From Eledone cirrhosa (Eukaryota), in contig OZ024742.1 in assembly GCA_964016885.1 (NCBI GenBank), positions 100,626,001 through 100,690,000 on the forward strand: a DNA stretch of 64,000 nt, given 5' to 3'. Below the pieces are notes generated by a model. That model had not been told where the DNA came from and did not search any database. It saw only the letters and a program-made list of their open reading frames with translations. Both the position numbers and the translations under genes were made by a program. Below, piece by piece: positions 49,863 to 63,797 of this stretch (its first letter is position 1; each line of letters opens with the position of its first letter).

Positions 49863-51224
49863 GGTCAGTTCCTTTCCTTTCCAGTGTAATTGTCTGTGAA
49901 GGTGTGTGTATGTCCTATGGGTTAGAATGTTGAACTGATGTTTTTAAGGTTATAGATTCTTTTCTGAGACCAGGGCGTGCATTGTGTCCTTAGACAAATG
50001 ACTCCACTTTATCTTGCTCTAGTCCACTCAACGGAAAAAAGTGAGTACCATCATCAGCTAGACATCCTGCGGTCCTGTTCAGGATAGGAGAGTTTTGTAT
50101 TTTCAGTCACTTAATGCCAATGAAACCAGGACCTTATGAGCCTCTCTCTACAAGTTGGAACAGACTAACTTTTTTTTAATGTAATTGCCAATGGTTCCAA
50201 CATGTTTCTTTTAAATCAATTGATATCATCACCACCATCCTCACCGATAACACCATCGTCATCGCCATTATTTTTATCTTCCTTTTTCCATGTTTGCATT
50301 CTCCAGTACAACATCCCTTCACTAGTCTCGCTCCTGTGTCATCTTTTTTCTGAGGTTCAGTGTCCTGAGATCTATTTTCATTACTTTTGCCCATGTCTTT
50401 TTTTTGACATGCCTCTACCATATATTTCTTCCATCTTGATCTGTCACCTCTTCATCCAACAGTCATCCATATGCATTACATGTCTATACTACATGTCTTC
50501 TGGATCTACATCTGATTCCTCTAATGTCCAGTGTTTCTCTCAGCTCATTTCTGTTTCATTATTTATGCACACTAACAATACACATCCAACAAAACAAGCT
50601 TGCTTCATTTCTTTCTAACCTCTGCACCCCCTTTGGATTTAATACCCATTTCTCACTGCCATATAACAAAATGATAGAGATAAAAAAAAAAAAACATTAT
50701 TTTACATCCATTTTCCATACTGACATAGTTTAAATGAGTTGGCATGGATCAAGATTAGATGGATTAAGAACTGCATTTTGCTCAAATGTTTTATATTTGA
50801 CTTGGTGTCAACCAAGTGGATACCTTTCCTAACATAAAGCATATACTGGTTGTATATTAAAGTAGATTGAATTTACTACAGTGAAAGAACTAGTCATATC
50901 TTTATATTAAACCCAGTGGATTGAAAGGCAAAAATTAATCACAGTGGAATTCAAACACAAGACTTTAATAAACACTACAATGTACACCAAAATAAATTTT
51001 GTAAAACAGAATAAGGTTGCTTTCAAGGTTCCAGAGGAGAAGTGGGAACTTCTATCAAAACTCATGTTGGTTATAGGGTATTTTTTATATAGGGTGGGGA
51101 GACATCAGATATTCATTGGCCCCTTCCTATACTTTGTGGGCCCCAGAATGATGTACTGGCTGAACTTAATGGTCCTGCAAGATACTCTACCCTCTCTGTC
51201 CCTTCCACTACCAACATCACATTA

Positions 51225-51868
51225 ATAATTGTTTCTAACATAGACACAAAGCCAATAAATCTTGAGGATGGGGAATATCAATTATACAGACCCCAGTACT
51301 TGTCTAGTACTTTATTTTATTAAACTCAAAAGAAAGATGAAATGTCAAGTTGATCTTGGTGGAATTTTAACACAGAATGTAAAAAGCTGTAACTAGATAC
51401 TGCAATGCACTTTATCTGACATTCTAGTGATTCTACTGATCTAATGCCTTGAGTAATAATGATTTCTACTATAGGCACAAGGCCAGCAATTTGAAGGGAA
51501 GGGGAAAGTCGTTTAAACCGACCTCAGTACATTACTGGTACCTTATTTTATCGACCCCCCCCCCTGCTCGCCTCATAAGGATGAAAGTCAAAGCTAGCCT
51601 CAGCAGGATTTGAATTCATAGCATAAAGGACTGTAACTCTATGCCGTGAAGCAGGATGTCCGACGCTCTACCAAAACTATAATAATAATTGTTTCTACTT
51701 TAGGCACAAGGCCAGCAATTACCCAGTGCATTACTGGTACTTTATTTTATCGACCCCGTAAGGATGAAAGTCAAAGTCAACCTCGGCGAGATTTGAACTC
51801 GGATCGTAAAGGGACGTAACTATGCTGGAAAGCATGGCGTCCGACCCTCTACCGATACTGCCAATTCA
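51225..51868 (-). mobile_element. Head-to-tail cluster of three (ATT)n-tailed SINEs
   Basis: These belong to the same family as 33297-34245, with units beginning near 51225, 51455 and 51680. Confidence 0.85.
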
Positions 51869-52384
51869 CTACAAGGGCTTGCACATGTAATACAATTAAT
51901 ATTATAAACATAAACATGAGAGTAGGGGCAATAAATGAATAAATATGATTTGATAAGTATCAAGTTATGAAACTCACAGTGTATATAAGCATAGCTTAAT
52001 GGTTATAGCATTGGACTTACAATCAGGAGGTTGTGAGTTTAATTCTCAGACTAGATGATATGTTGTGTCCTTGAGCAAGACACTTTATTTCACGTCGTTC
52101 CGGTTTACACAGCCGTAGAAATGAGTTACGACATCACTGAAGCCAAGCAATATCAACCATTGTCTTTCCCTTAGACAACATCGGTGGCTTGGATGTTTAT
52201 GCAGGTGTGGCAAGCCACATATATTCTAGCCATTAGAAAAAGTAACATGAATGCTTCATCTTCAAATGAGGGATGACTGAAAAAGAAGATAATGTAAAAC
52301 GTAAAACAACATCCAAAGTTACCCACCCACACATAGATGGGAACTCACTAATTAAGTCAAGTCACAATGCCCACACAATCCTGT

Positions 52385-53972
52385 TCACTCTCCATGCATT
52401 ATATCCATACTTCCTGGTGGGGTTGCCGCCGGTGGTGATGGTAGTGCTAGTGTGGGTGGTGATGGTGTTGGTGGTGTTGCTGCTGTAAGTCTCTTTGCAG
52501 TAGCCTTTACCCTTTTTTCATTTCTTCCCTCCCTTTTCGAAGGCGACGATGCGCTGCTTCTGCATTTGTGCCTTCTTGTGACCTTTTGCCATCCCTCTCC
52601 CAGCTCACACTCCATGTCCAATTCTGTGAGGTCGGGGAGGGGTACCAGCTCCACTCTTTCACTTGTTCTTGTTGGTGATGGTTGCAGTGGAGTCTCTGTT
52701 GCAGCTGCAGTTGGTATTGCTGTTGTTGTTGTTAATACTTCCACTGCTGCTGCTGTTCTTGATTTCCGTGGTGTGGGTATGGGTGCCACGGACCTATCCT
52801 TCCTGCTTGCCGCCTGCCCTGTTGCTTGGAGCAGTGGAGTCGGTTTCGGAAGGAGGGGGGTTTTGTCCTTTCTCAGAGTCTTCTCATTGCAGAAGGCCCT
52901 GAGGTGAGTCTTCGACCCACAGCGAAAGCATTTCGGGTGTTTGCCCTCAACACTTATGGGAAGTTGAGTGCTGTTATCGAAGTCTATCACATCCGGGATA
53001 GTTTCGATGCACTCCTGGTTGGTTTGAATTAACATTTCAATGGAGGCGCCGAACCAATCTTCTCGTACTTTTTTCTGTATTTGCAGTACAGTTGTTTTGT
53101 CCTCGATTCCGATGAGGACAGACGCGGCCAGCCAAGAAGAGACCATCCCGGGGGGGGGGGGGGACTTGGGTCAGTTTGACCGTCACAATTTTTTGCCCGC
53201 AGTAGGAAGGCACCAACACCATTTCCTCGTTCCTTAGGGTCACTAAGGATTGAGCCTTTGCCTCCTGGGGTGTGGCAAAAAGCACGTCCACGGTGGCATA
53301 TTTCTTGCCTCGGGTGATATGCGTTTTCTGCTGCCACACAGACCCTAAGGCTTTTTGTATTTGAGCCTCTGTGGCTCTTTCAACACTACGTGATTTTGTG
53401 CTTACTGTACGATACGTGACCGTACAGTGCTGTTGGGTTTCGACAAATTCTTCGGCTGCCTTGCAGATTGCTCGGTGTCCGGTTTTCGTCACCATCTTCT
53501 TTGCTTCCTGTAATTCCTCATTTGTTATAAGGATGGTTTCCAGGTTCTTTGCGATACTTGCAAACGAGATTGGTTTTTCTTTCTTGTTGTTGTTGTTGTT
53601 TATGCTGCTGCTGATGTTGTTGCGGCTGCTACTAGTATTTTCCTCGCCACTGTTGCTGCTGCTGCTGTTATTACGGCTGCTGCTGCTATTCTTCATGACG
53701 TCAGACGAATGAAATGGCTTTCCGTATTTACCGCACACATCTTTCGTTGTTGTTGTTGTGGAGAAATGTTTCATGGTACGCGCGTTCTCTTGATGAAGAG
53801 CGCTACGAAAAACTACATTTTTTTTCTTTAATGGCGTCGCTTGCGAAAGAGGCGACACCACATTTAGAGAAGGGAGGGAGTGAGACAATCTTTTCTCTGA
53901 CGTAATGACGATTGAGGAAGAAGAAGACAGAAGGAGTGGGAGTGACTTGTGAAAATTCTTTTTTGTAGCCAT
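52385..53972 (-). pseudogene. Gag-like ORF1 (L1/Tx1-type RRM-like region plus CCHC knuckle), about 528 aa if one frameshift in a G14 run is corrected
   Basis: ORFs 53037..53972 and 52385..53146 join at the G-run 53150-53163. The protein includes SFASIAK, VKLTQVPP...WL, IPDVIDF and EGKHPK-CFRCGSKTHLRAFC (CX2CX4HX4C), then a low-complexity tail with EGWQKVTRR. No ORF2 follows. Confidence 0.75.
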
Positions 53973-54185
53973 GTTTTTTTTTAGGGTTTAAAATGAATAT
54001 TGGGCACAAAACCCCAATAACTGGTTATTTAACCCCGAAGGGCCAAATAACGGGCAGAAGGACCCTTCTCACGAGGAGGAGGATGTCTTTATCTACAATT
54101 TGGTTCAAGTTTTAAACAATTTACAATTGTTATAACGGTTAAAAATTACTATATCTTACAGAGCCGAGCCTCCGTCAACCATGGC

Positions 54186-54235
<50 letters not shown>

Positions 54236-55534
54236 GGTGGGTTCCTTCACCACAAACGACACACCTAGGCCTTCTGCCCTCGACGATTACAGTGAGGTGG
54301 CTGCCGTCAGTGAGGTCTATTACCTCTGGGATCTCCTCAATGCTTTTTTTGGTCCGCTTGGATCAGGAGCTCCATCCCTGATCCGGACCAGTTCTCCTGC
54401 CTTTCTTTCGCTATTTCGATTATCTTGGTGTTGGCTTCGATGCCGGCGAGGACGGCAGCTATTAGCCAGGGAATTTCGATGGCCGGTGGAACGTGGGTCA
54501 CCCTTATCTTTACGAGTCTCTGGCCACAATAGCTTGGGACGAGTGTGAAGTCGTCACTTCTTAATGGAGCCATGGAGTATTCTCTAGCCTCCTGTGGTGT
54601 TTCAAAGAACACGTAAACGGTTCCATATTTTTGCCCACGTCTGATGTGGATTTTTTTTGCCCACACATGTCCCAAAGCTTTTTGGATTTGGGACTCGGAT
54701 GCCCGTTCCACTCGGCGCGATTTTATATTAATTGTTCGATAAGACACGCTGCATAGGCGCCGATGCTCCATTTTATTAGGTGTGTGGGTGGGGGTGAGGC
54801 TGATCCTGTACCCATCTTTCTTTACCATTTTTTTGGCTTCTTCTAATTCCTCCTGAGTTACCTGAAATGCTTCGCACTGTTTTGCTACTCTGGCAAAATT
54901 CAGGGTGGTTTTCTTAATGTCATTGTTGCTGTTGTTGTTATCGTTATTTTTGTTATTATTAATTTTAGTTTCAGTTGTGGTGGTGGCGGTGGCGTCAGTG
55001 GTGTTCGGTGTGAAAGAGTTCATTTTGGTTGAATTCATTTCGATATCACGAGTTAATTTATTTTTTTCTTTTGTTTCTGTTGTCGCGGTGGTGGTGGTGG
55101 TTGTCGCGGTGGTGGTGGTGGTTGTCGCGGTGGTGGTGGTGGTGGCGGCTTTAACACCTTCAGTCATTGGTAATGGCGGGAAATGAATGTCTGCCTGAGA
55201 CAAATTTAAAATATTGCTACTGCTTATATTTTTAGTGTTGGCAAACGTAGTAATATTTACAATGGTGGTGTCGGTGTGAGGTGTTAGTTTGTGAGGAAGG
55301 AGTGACTCTGAGTCATCGATGATTTTTTAAAGAAAAATTTTTGTTTGATAATTATAAAAGTTAAAATTTTGGGCTCAAGGCCCCAATCTTTTTGGGTGTC
55401 CTTTTCAGATAACAATGTATGTGCACTTATATACAGTTAACAATAAAAAATTTCCATGAATGGCAATTTTAAACAACTGAAAATAACAAACCTTTGCGGA
55501 GCTCATGATGATACGATTTACTACGTAGATCGCC
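54236..55534 (-). pseudogene. Second, diverged gag-like ORF1 element, 3'-truncated within the zinc knuckle
   Basis: It is paralogous to the previous ORF (EELEEAKKMVKKDG, VSYRTINIKSRRVERASESQIQKALG, VPSYCGQ). After a frameshift at T7 (54344-54350) it reads IPEVIDL...VEGRRPRCVVCGEGTHL and then runs into (ATT)n. It is flanked by (AAT)n at 54186-54235 and 55535-55590. Confidence 0.75.
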
Positions 55535-55580
<46 letters not shown>

Positions 55581-55890
55581 TAATAATAATGCAGATGTTC
55601 CAAAAGCTACCTTGAAATATAGAAGATAACTTCAACATGCACTTAAAGAATCTATATTTTAAATTGGTTTACACTATATGGAGTAAAGTTGGTGCACTTT
55701 CCTGCATTTCACTACACTCAAGTAAATCTATTTTTACCCAGCTATGTGACAATTGCATTTCTATATGTATATATCGGTCTGTGTTTGTGCACAGACAAAC
55801 ATATGCAAACACATACACACATGTGTGTGTGTCTTTATATGTATGTATGTTTATATCTATATATATACATATATAGATATATATATACAG

Positions 55891-55964
<74 letters not shown>

Positions 55965-56082
55965 AGAGAGAGAAAAAAGAAAGAAAGAAAGAAAGTGAGA
56001 TAGACTGACAGACAAGAGAAGTACCATGCAATAGCTCTTAATTATTCTTCTTAATTTCTTTTTTTCTTTTTCTATCTCTGTG

Positions 56083-56184
<102 letters not shown>

Positions 56185-56625
56185 TACACATAAATACATA
56201 CATATATAGGATATTTATACATATTACGTACACACACACACAACAGTTTGAGCATCAGATATCCAGAGCTAAGTGCTGTATCACCATCACTACCATCACC
56301 GCCATCATTACCATCATCATCATCATCATCATCCTGATGTTACAGTAGTATTTGACAAATACCAAGTGTGTTCTCTGAGAACGGCAGATTTCTCAAGATT
56401 CCATCTGTCGGAAGAACACCAGGAAATGGTAACATTTAAGTCTCTCGTTTCTTGTTTTTAGACATTTTTTGTCTCTTCATGTCTTTTATTGTTTTACTTT
56501 GTTACAATTCTAACAAAGTGTTTCTTTTTTAAAACTAATTTCATTTTTTGTGTGTGTATGTGTGTGTATGTATGAGTATAAGTGTATAGTGTGAGTATGT
56601 GTGTATGTATACATGTATGTGTGTG

Positions 56626-56669
<44 letters not shown>

Positions 56670-56820
56670 CATACAAACAAACACATACATGTATACAAAT
56701 CTATATATATATGTATACATAATTTATATATACAAGTATATATATATATATATATATATTTATACATATATATGTCTATATATACATATATATGTATTTA
56801 TGTATATATATATATATGTG

Positions 56821-56869
<49 letters not shown>

Positions 56870-56918
56870 TATATATATATATATATATATGTGTATATAT
56901 ATATATATATTATATATA

Positions 56919-57020
<102 letters not shown>

Positions 57021-58269
57021 TGCATTGTATCAGTATTATAGAAACACTGTTACATATGTTTAAATAAGAACACTACCAGACAGAACATTATTTTTTTTAC
57101 TCCTTCTAGAATTTCATATCATTGATCTGGAATATCAATGAGATGAACTGTAAAAAAATTTTAATTGTACTGTCTGGCCTTCTTCTTAGTTTATTATTTT
57201 AAAGATATATAGCAATGCCTCTATGTTGCCAATATAATGCATCTTATGTATTATAACAATTACACATTTTCACTTAGGCAAGTGAGAAAAAGGAGAAAGC
57301 TGAGAAGGGAGAGAAGCAAGAGTAGACATGATAATAAAACCATTTACTGCCACCAATCTGCATTATGGCGTCTTCAAGACCTAGTCAAGATTGCCACTCA
57401 ACGACCATGATGCTGCTCTCTAAAGATGCCATTTGTTAAAGTATGATTTTATTCAAACTAGTTTGTGGTTTTTCATCTCATGGAAAGTTAGTATAAGAGA
57501 GAAAAAGATTAGAGAGGGAGAGAAAAAGAGGGGGAATGGAGAGGGGGGAGAATGGATAGAGAGGGGAAGAGAAAGCAATGTCTATGAGACATATTTAGCC
57601 ATGCAGTGATATTCTGAGGATATCAAAGGTTTTGTTATGATTGAATTTTGTTTGTTAGTAATCTTTGAAACTTTTAAAAAGGGCATTTTTTTTCATGCCA
57701 AAATATCAATTTTAGCTGTATACAATTTTTTTAATTGAAAATCCATATGTATTGTAAGAAAACATAGTATTGCCTGGCATTCTTAATAAAAATACCAGTT
57801 CATTTAAATATATATATATATGTGAAGGTGCATGGCTTGGTGGTTAGTGCATCAGGCTTACAATCCTGATGTTGTGAGTTTTATTCTCAGACCAGGCTTT
57901 TCATTGTGTTCTTGATCATAAAACACTTTATATTGCATTGCTCCAGTTCACTCAGCTGTAGAAAGGAGTTTACCCAGCTATGAGTTAAATAGCCTCACCA
58001 ACCTGCAATTGGTCAAGCATAGTGAGTACAGCTACATCCCTCACATGACCAAAAACCAAAAACAGAAGGTCAATTAAGAAGGGGTTCCTCCGGTAGAAGT
58101 GAAAAGGCCCTGGATTGAACTGAAATATGTATATATATATCATTGCCAGCATTTGGCTGTTTTAATAGCTTTTCTAGCAATGAGGTTTCTCATTTTTCTA
58201 CGAATTCAAATATAACAGGTACACACGAGTAGTCAGCAGTGAAGGTACTCAAGAAATAAACTCTCAAAT

Positions 58270-58830
58270 GTTCAGGAGCCTCACAAGACTTTATAGAAAG
58301 TTTTTTTCATTTAAGTAATCTCATGAACAGCAGTGATGGCTATACCAAAATTGTTGTAAACCAAGACTTATCTCTCAGAGTGAAGAGTTGATTATATGAT
58401 GCTAGTGTTTGAACTGTTATGCTGCATGGCTGCAGGACATGGATCTTGAGTGTAGACAGTTTACTGTGGCTAAAGAAAAATGAGGCATGCGTGCTTCACT
58501 GGAGATGTAATCTTAGCATAGATGAATGACAGAACACAAGTGAGCAGAGAGAAAAGCAGAAAAGCTGAGTATAAAAGGAATTGAATATTGTATACAAGAG
58601 AAACAATTGCACTAGTATGGTCATGTGATGTATAAGGCAAACAATAGTTTATTAAAAAAAATGGGCCAAGTGCTTAAAGTGGATTGAGCCTGTAGAAGGG
58701 GAGAGAAATTAAGGAAGACATGGGACAAAGTTGTGGAGGATGACCTCAAAAAGCTGGGCCACTTGAAGGAGATGACACAAGACTGGGTTGACTGGTAGTA
58801 TGCCATAATACAAAAGACCTGCCCTACTAG
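58270..58830 (+). mobile_element. Old degenerate RTE 3' fragment (others at ~420-665, 19500-19920 and 50280-50665 on the minus strand)
   Basis: It aligns by eye to 39930-40420 (for example TATATGATGCTAGTG, ATGCTGCATGGC, GGTCATGTGATG, AAGACATGGGAC) and has many stops. Confidence 0.7.
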
Positions 58831-60839
58831 CACAAGCACTGTAATGCGAAAAGTAAATGTGATGAGAAATAGATGACTACACAGAGTGCAGAAATTACTT
58901 TAGCCTGCAGTGGCACAATGGAATGTACATAGTACCACTACCTAATCTCTCTAGTGCTAGTACTATGAGGAAAAATACTCAGTTTGCTCTGTAAAGTGGT
59001 AGTCAGGTGTCATGATCAAAAGCACTCCGTTCATATTAAAAGGCAGTTGTGCTACTCCACAACAAAAATTATCCAGTCAACTCTGTAAGATGGTAGTGCT
59101 GGAGTCATGAAAAAGCTCCCAATACACACTGTAGTGTTTGGCATTAGGAAGGGCATCCAGCTATAGAAACCAATCTAAATACAGGGTGTACATGGAACAG
59201 GTGGTCATCTGACTTGTCAATCCTCAACATGTGAAAGCCTGTCAAACCCATACAAGCATGGAAAATAGACATTAAACTAATGATGGTCATGATAATGAAT
59301 ATCTTAGGTGTTATGGCTTGTTTCACGACTAGACAGATTTTTCAGAGATAGGAGTTAATGGGTAAAATTTTATTGTTTAACCCTTTTGATAACAACCAGC
59401 CCGAAACCACCTCAATTTCTTTATATCAAGAATCTAACATAATCATATTTAAATACTTTTTGTTAAGTCATGTTGCAAACAACTTAATGAATTAATTAGG
59501 AAGATGTAATTGTTTAATACTGTTACCAACATTGCCAAGATCGACTCTAGTTCTACGAAACAAATCCTCCCATTTTAAAGCTCCTATTTAAATTCAAATC
59601 TTCCAACATAATTTTATATAAGAACCATATGTTATGATCTTTGTAACAAAATAATTAATAACCTCAGTAAATCCCTCAAAATTCTTCATTAATTAACTAA
59701 AATAGAGTGTATTTCATTAGAAATATGGTTTATCACAAAGGGGTTTTATAGTTAAAGAGAGGAAAACTGGAAGAAAGCATTAATCAATAAGAAAGAATTA
59801 AGTAGAAAGAGAGACCAGAGAATACAGTTAGTGAGAGAGAATATCTTAGATAAATATAGAGAGGCGGACCCTTACTATGTGTATGAGAGTATGTAAAACA
59901 AAAGGAAGGAGGAGTATTAAAGGAAGGAAAGAAGGTAGGAGACAAATCAAAGAGCTGTGGCTGATATCTACATTTGTACATATTTTTGGCAAATGTGGTA
60001 CAGTTAAATATTCCAGTAAAATTGATTTGAAATTTAAATTAACCATTTTGATTGATAGCCAAATGTCAGAATGAGCTGCAGATTGCTTTCTATAATTAAA
60101 TATGTTAGAAATATAAGTTAGGAATTAATAATTATTCATTTATTAAAAATTAATAATCATTTGTGTTTTATATTCAGTAAATTTTGAATTTATATCAGCT
60201 ATAAAAGAAAAAAAGGTTCTCTAAGGAGCCATGTCCGAAAGTTTCATAAATACAAGCAAGCCGAACTCTGTATAAAAATTATAAACAAGTATTTTAAAAT
60301 TTTCTAGTGACAGCATAATTCACATAGCTATAACAGTCAAATGAACAATACATTATCCATAACATGTCACAGGGCAATTCCCATTACAATTATTAGGTCC
60401 CAGGTTCAATCCAACTGCATAGTATTTGGGGTAAGTGTCATTTACCATACATTTCTAGTAGACCCAAGTTTTGAGGTTAAAATTGGGTCAACAAAAACTA
60501 TTTGATAATTCATCCAATGTATTGTATCTGCAATTAGAAGGACTGGCCTTATCCCAGTGTCATGCTGAATCTCAATGTGAATTAAAGGGCATATAAGAAT
60601 ATATATGTATAAATATATCACAAATATAGATCAAAATAAATTGTCTCAATCATATTATACCATAAATAACTCTATGAACATAAGGGCTAAAATCCAAATT
60701 TTCAGAGCTTCATTTACAAAAATTTTATTCAGGTATAATACTATATAATAGAGTTAAACATAGCATAATAAGCCAAAAATACATTTAAAGACAAATATAA
60801 TTCTACTTACATTATAATTGGTAAATTCAATCATAATAG

Positions 60840-60879
<40 letters not shown>

Positions 60880-61189
60880 CACACATACACACATATATAT
60901 ATGGTGTCTACAGATAGAAGATTGGGAAGACTACAAATCAGAGTAGTACTAGATGCAGGATGAGATACAGAGTGGATATATTGATGAAGTAAAAGTCTGA
61001 TTGCAAGCCTTGTTGTTTCAGCTTATATCGCAAATTACTTTGAAGAAGTTTGCAATATAACAAGCTGATATCGAAGGCCTTGCAGTCAGACCTTTACCTC
61101 ATCAATATATATTTATATGTATCATCATCATCATCATCATCTCCCTTTAACGTCCATTTTTCGATGCTGGTATGGGTTAGATGAGTTTA

Positions 61190-61332
<143 letters not shown>

Positions 61333-61726
61333 CTTACACATATATATAGAAAGAGCATGAATGACCACTCTTTTAGTCATAAAAAAAACAGACACTCAAG
61401 TGTTGGTGCCATGATGAAATGCACCCAATACACTGCCCCAAAAAATCGCCTTATGTTATCAAACCCTCACAAAACTTACTGCCACAATAGGATTTGAACT
61501 TGGAATGCAAAGACCCAGGACAAACACCACCAGACATCTTATCCAATTTTCTAACAATTCCACTAAACCATTTCCTTGGACTAATACTTTATTTTATCAA
61601 CCTTGGAAGGATGTAAACTTGGTTGACCTCCATAGATTTTGAACTCTGAATGTAAAGAGCCAAAACAAACAATTTGTCCAACTCTCTAATAATTCTTCTG
61701 TCAATCCAATGATAATAATGATGATG

Positions 61727-61796
<70 letters not shown>

Positions 61797-61818
61797 CAAT
61801 GATAATAATAATAATAAT

Positions 61819-62068
61819 CAAGGTCGTCCCGATTGTCATAGGCGCACTAGGTACTATCTCAAAGAGTTTCCAGGGATGGTTAAAGAAGATTAGTCCAGCC
61901 CCGCTTTTTGGAACACTTCAAAAGGCATGCTTGCTGGGAACAGCAAGAACCCTCCGATACGTCCTGAATATCTGAAGCTGCAGGTAGCGGCTTGATGTTC
62001 ATTTGAACAAACTTTCCAGTTAAATAACATCGATGACTGAGACTCAAAGAACAATAATAATAATAATA
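61819..62068 (+). mobile_element. R4/Dong-like LINE 3' fragment in (AAT)n
   Basis: KVVPIVIGALGTI...LQKACLLGTARTLRYVL is the typical C-terminus of R4/Dong-type RLE elements. (AAT)n lies on both sides. Confidence 0.85.
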
Positions 62069-63384
62069 GTAAAGGAACTGATTGTCAGATCGGGCCAAAG
62101 AAATAATGTTTCCCATAGTCTTTCTATTACTGATACTATCTGCTGCTGGCAACTCCTGGCAGAAAAAAAAAGTAATAATAATAATGCTATTGGATTGCTA
62201 TAATGTATTGTACTATTTTCCATGTTATCTCCAGTGAGAATAAAAACAGAAACTATAAAAATACTAGTCTCCTTTCCGTCTCATCTCTGTCGGCTACTCT
62301 TCGCTTTTTTTTTCATAACTGTCTGCTGTTCGGTCAAAGACGACTGACTTCTTCCCACAACAATGCTGCTGCTGTTGCTTGTTACAGCTTAATACCTTAA
62401 TTGATATGAACTTATATGGATGGACTGCTACGTGCCTAGAATTACTGCCAGTTTTTACTGGTGCATCTTCTGTTTCTTGGTGTATGTATCTACTAGAGTC
62501 AGTTTTGTTCAATTTTTTCGACCGCTATTGAAAACATCATTGTTCGGGTTTCTATCTCTACTATTACTTGATTCAACTGGTGTTGAATTACTTTTTCATT
62601 ATTAAGTTAGTGTTTGGAGCATAACCTATTAAAGGTTCTTAGTTAAAATTATGATTGAAAGTTTTTTTACTAAATATAATCCTTTTAACACTTTCAGTAG
62701 CATATTTATATTTAAATAAAATACATTTCCTATGCTTTTCATATTTTCTTCTTCTCCTCCCACTTATTCCTGGAAGTGTCGGGGTGGGGGCAGAGTCCTC
62801 AAACATGCTTTCCTGTGGGTCTTATCAGAAGCAGCCGTCTCCAGTTGATCTGGCTGGATCTCCAAATGAGATGAGATGAGCTCATGTACATTTTAAGATG
62901 CTGTTGTGACTGGGTTTAGATCAGCAAAGTATTCTCTCCACCTCATGAGGATACACCTCTCTGTGTGAGAGAGTTTTATTAGGAGCTAACAGTGTTGCCC
63001 ATTGCTCCATCTCCCCTAGTAATTTACTTCTGTTGGTCCGGGGTTGCTTATTCATCCAATTGTATTGCAACTAACCATCATATCTAGTGGCCATATCGCT
63101 ATCCACCACCTGTGAACCATTTGTTCTCTGGCAGAACAGCTCTGCTGAGAAGCTTTGCAAATAATTATGTAAATAATCAACAATTTGGAAGGGATTAGCA
63201 ATATAACTAACTTCCACATTATTTATCTGGTGTTTGGAACATAACTCAACAAATGTTCTTATTCAGAATTATGAAGGAAAGTTTTTAGATGAATATAAAA
63301 TCTTTAAAACAAGCAACTTTCTGTTGTAGGACCAAGGTTCTGGTATCAAAAAAGTTAATGACATTTTACTTCTTTCTGTGGATT

Positions 63385-63795
63385 TGCATAATCATTAGAG
63401 CATCAGACAAAATGCGTTGCAGTATATATTTACAGCTCTTTACTTCTGACATCAAATCTCACTGAGTTCAACTTTGTTATTCTTCCTTCTGGAGTCGATA
63501 AAATATAGTACTACTCAAGTACTGGTGGTAATATAATCGGCTTTTCCCTTCCCCCAAATTGCTGGCCTTATGCCTAATGAGAAACCATTATTATTCGAGG
63601 GCGGTGGATGGCAGTATCAGTAGAGGGTCTGACGCCATGCTTTGCAGCAAAGAGTTACGGCCCTTGCCATTCTGAGTTCAAATACCACCGAGGTTAACTT
63701 TGCCTTTCATCCTTACGGGGTCGATAAAATAAAGTACCAGTAATACACTGGGATAATTGGAGGCCTTGTGCCCAAAGTAGAAACAATTATTATTA
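63385..63795 (+). mobile_element. Two head-to-tail (ATT)n-tailed SINEs
   Basis: GAGTTCAAATACCACCGAGG...GGCCTTGTGCCCAAAGTAGAAAC-ATTATT is preceded by an older copy ending at ~63595. Confidence 0.82.
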
Positions 63796-63797
63796 TT

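Noticed and set aside
54055-54090. CTCCTCCTCGTGAG on the minus strand resembles an HDV ribozyme P3/L3
   Set aside because: I could not find a matching P1, P1.1 GG or P2 pairing.
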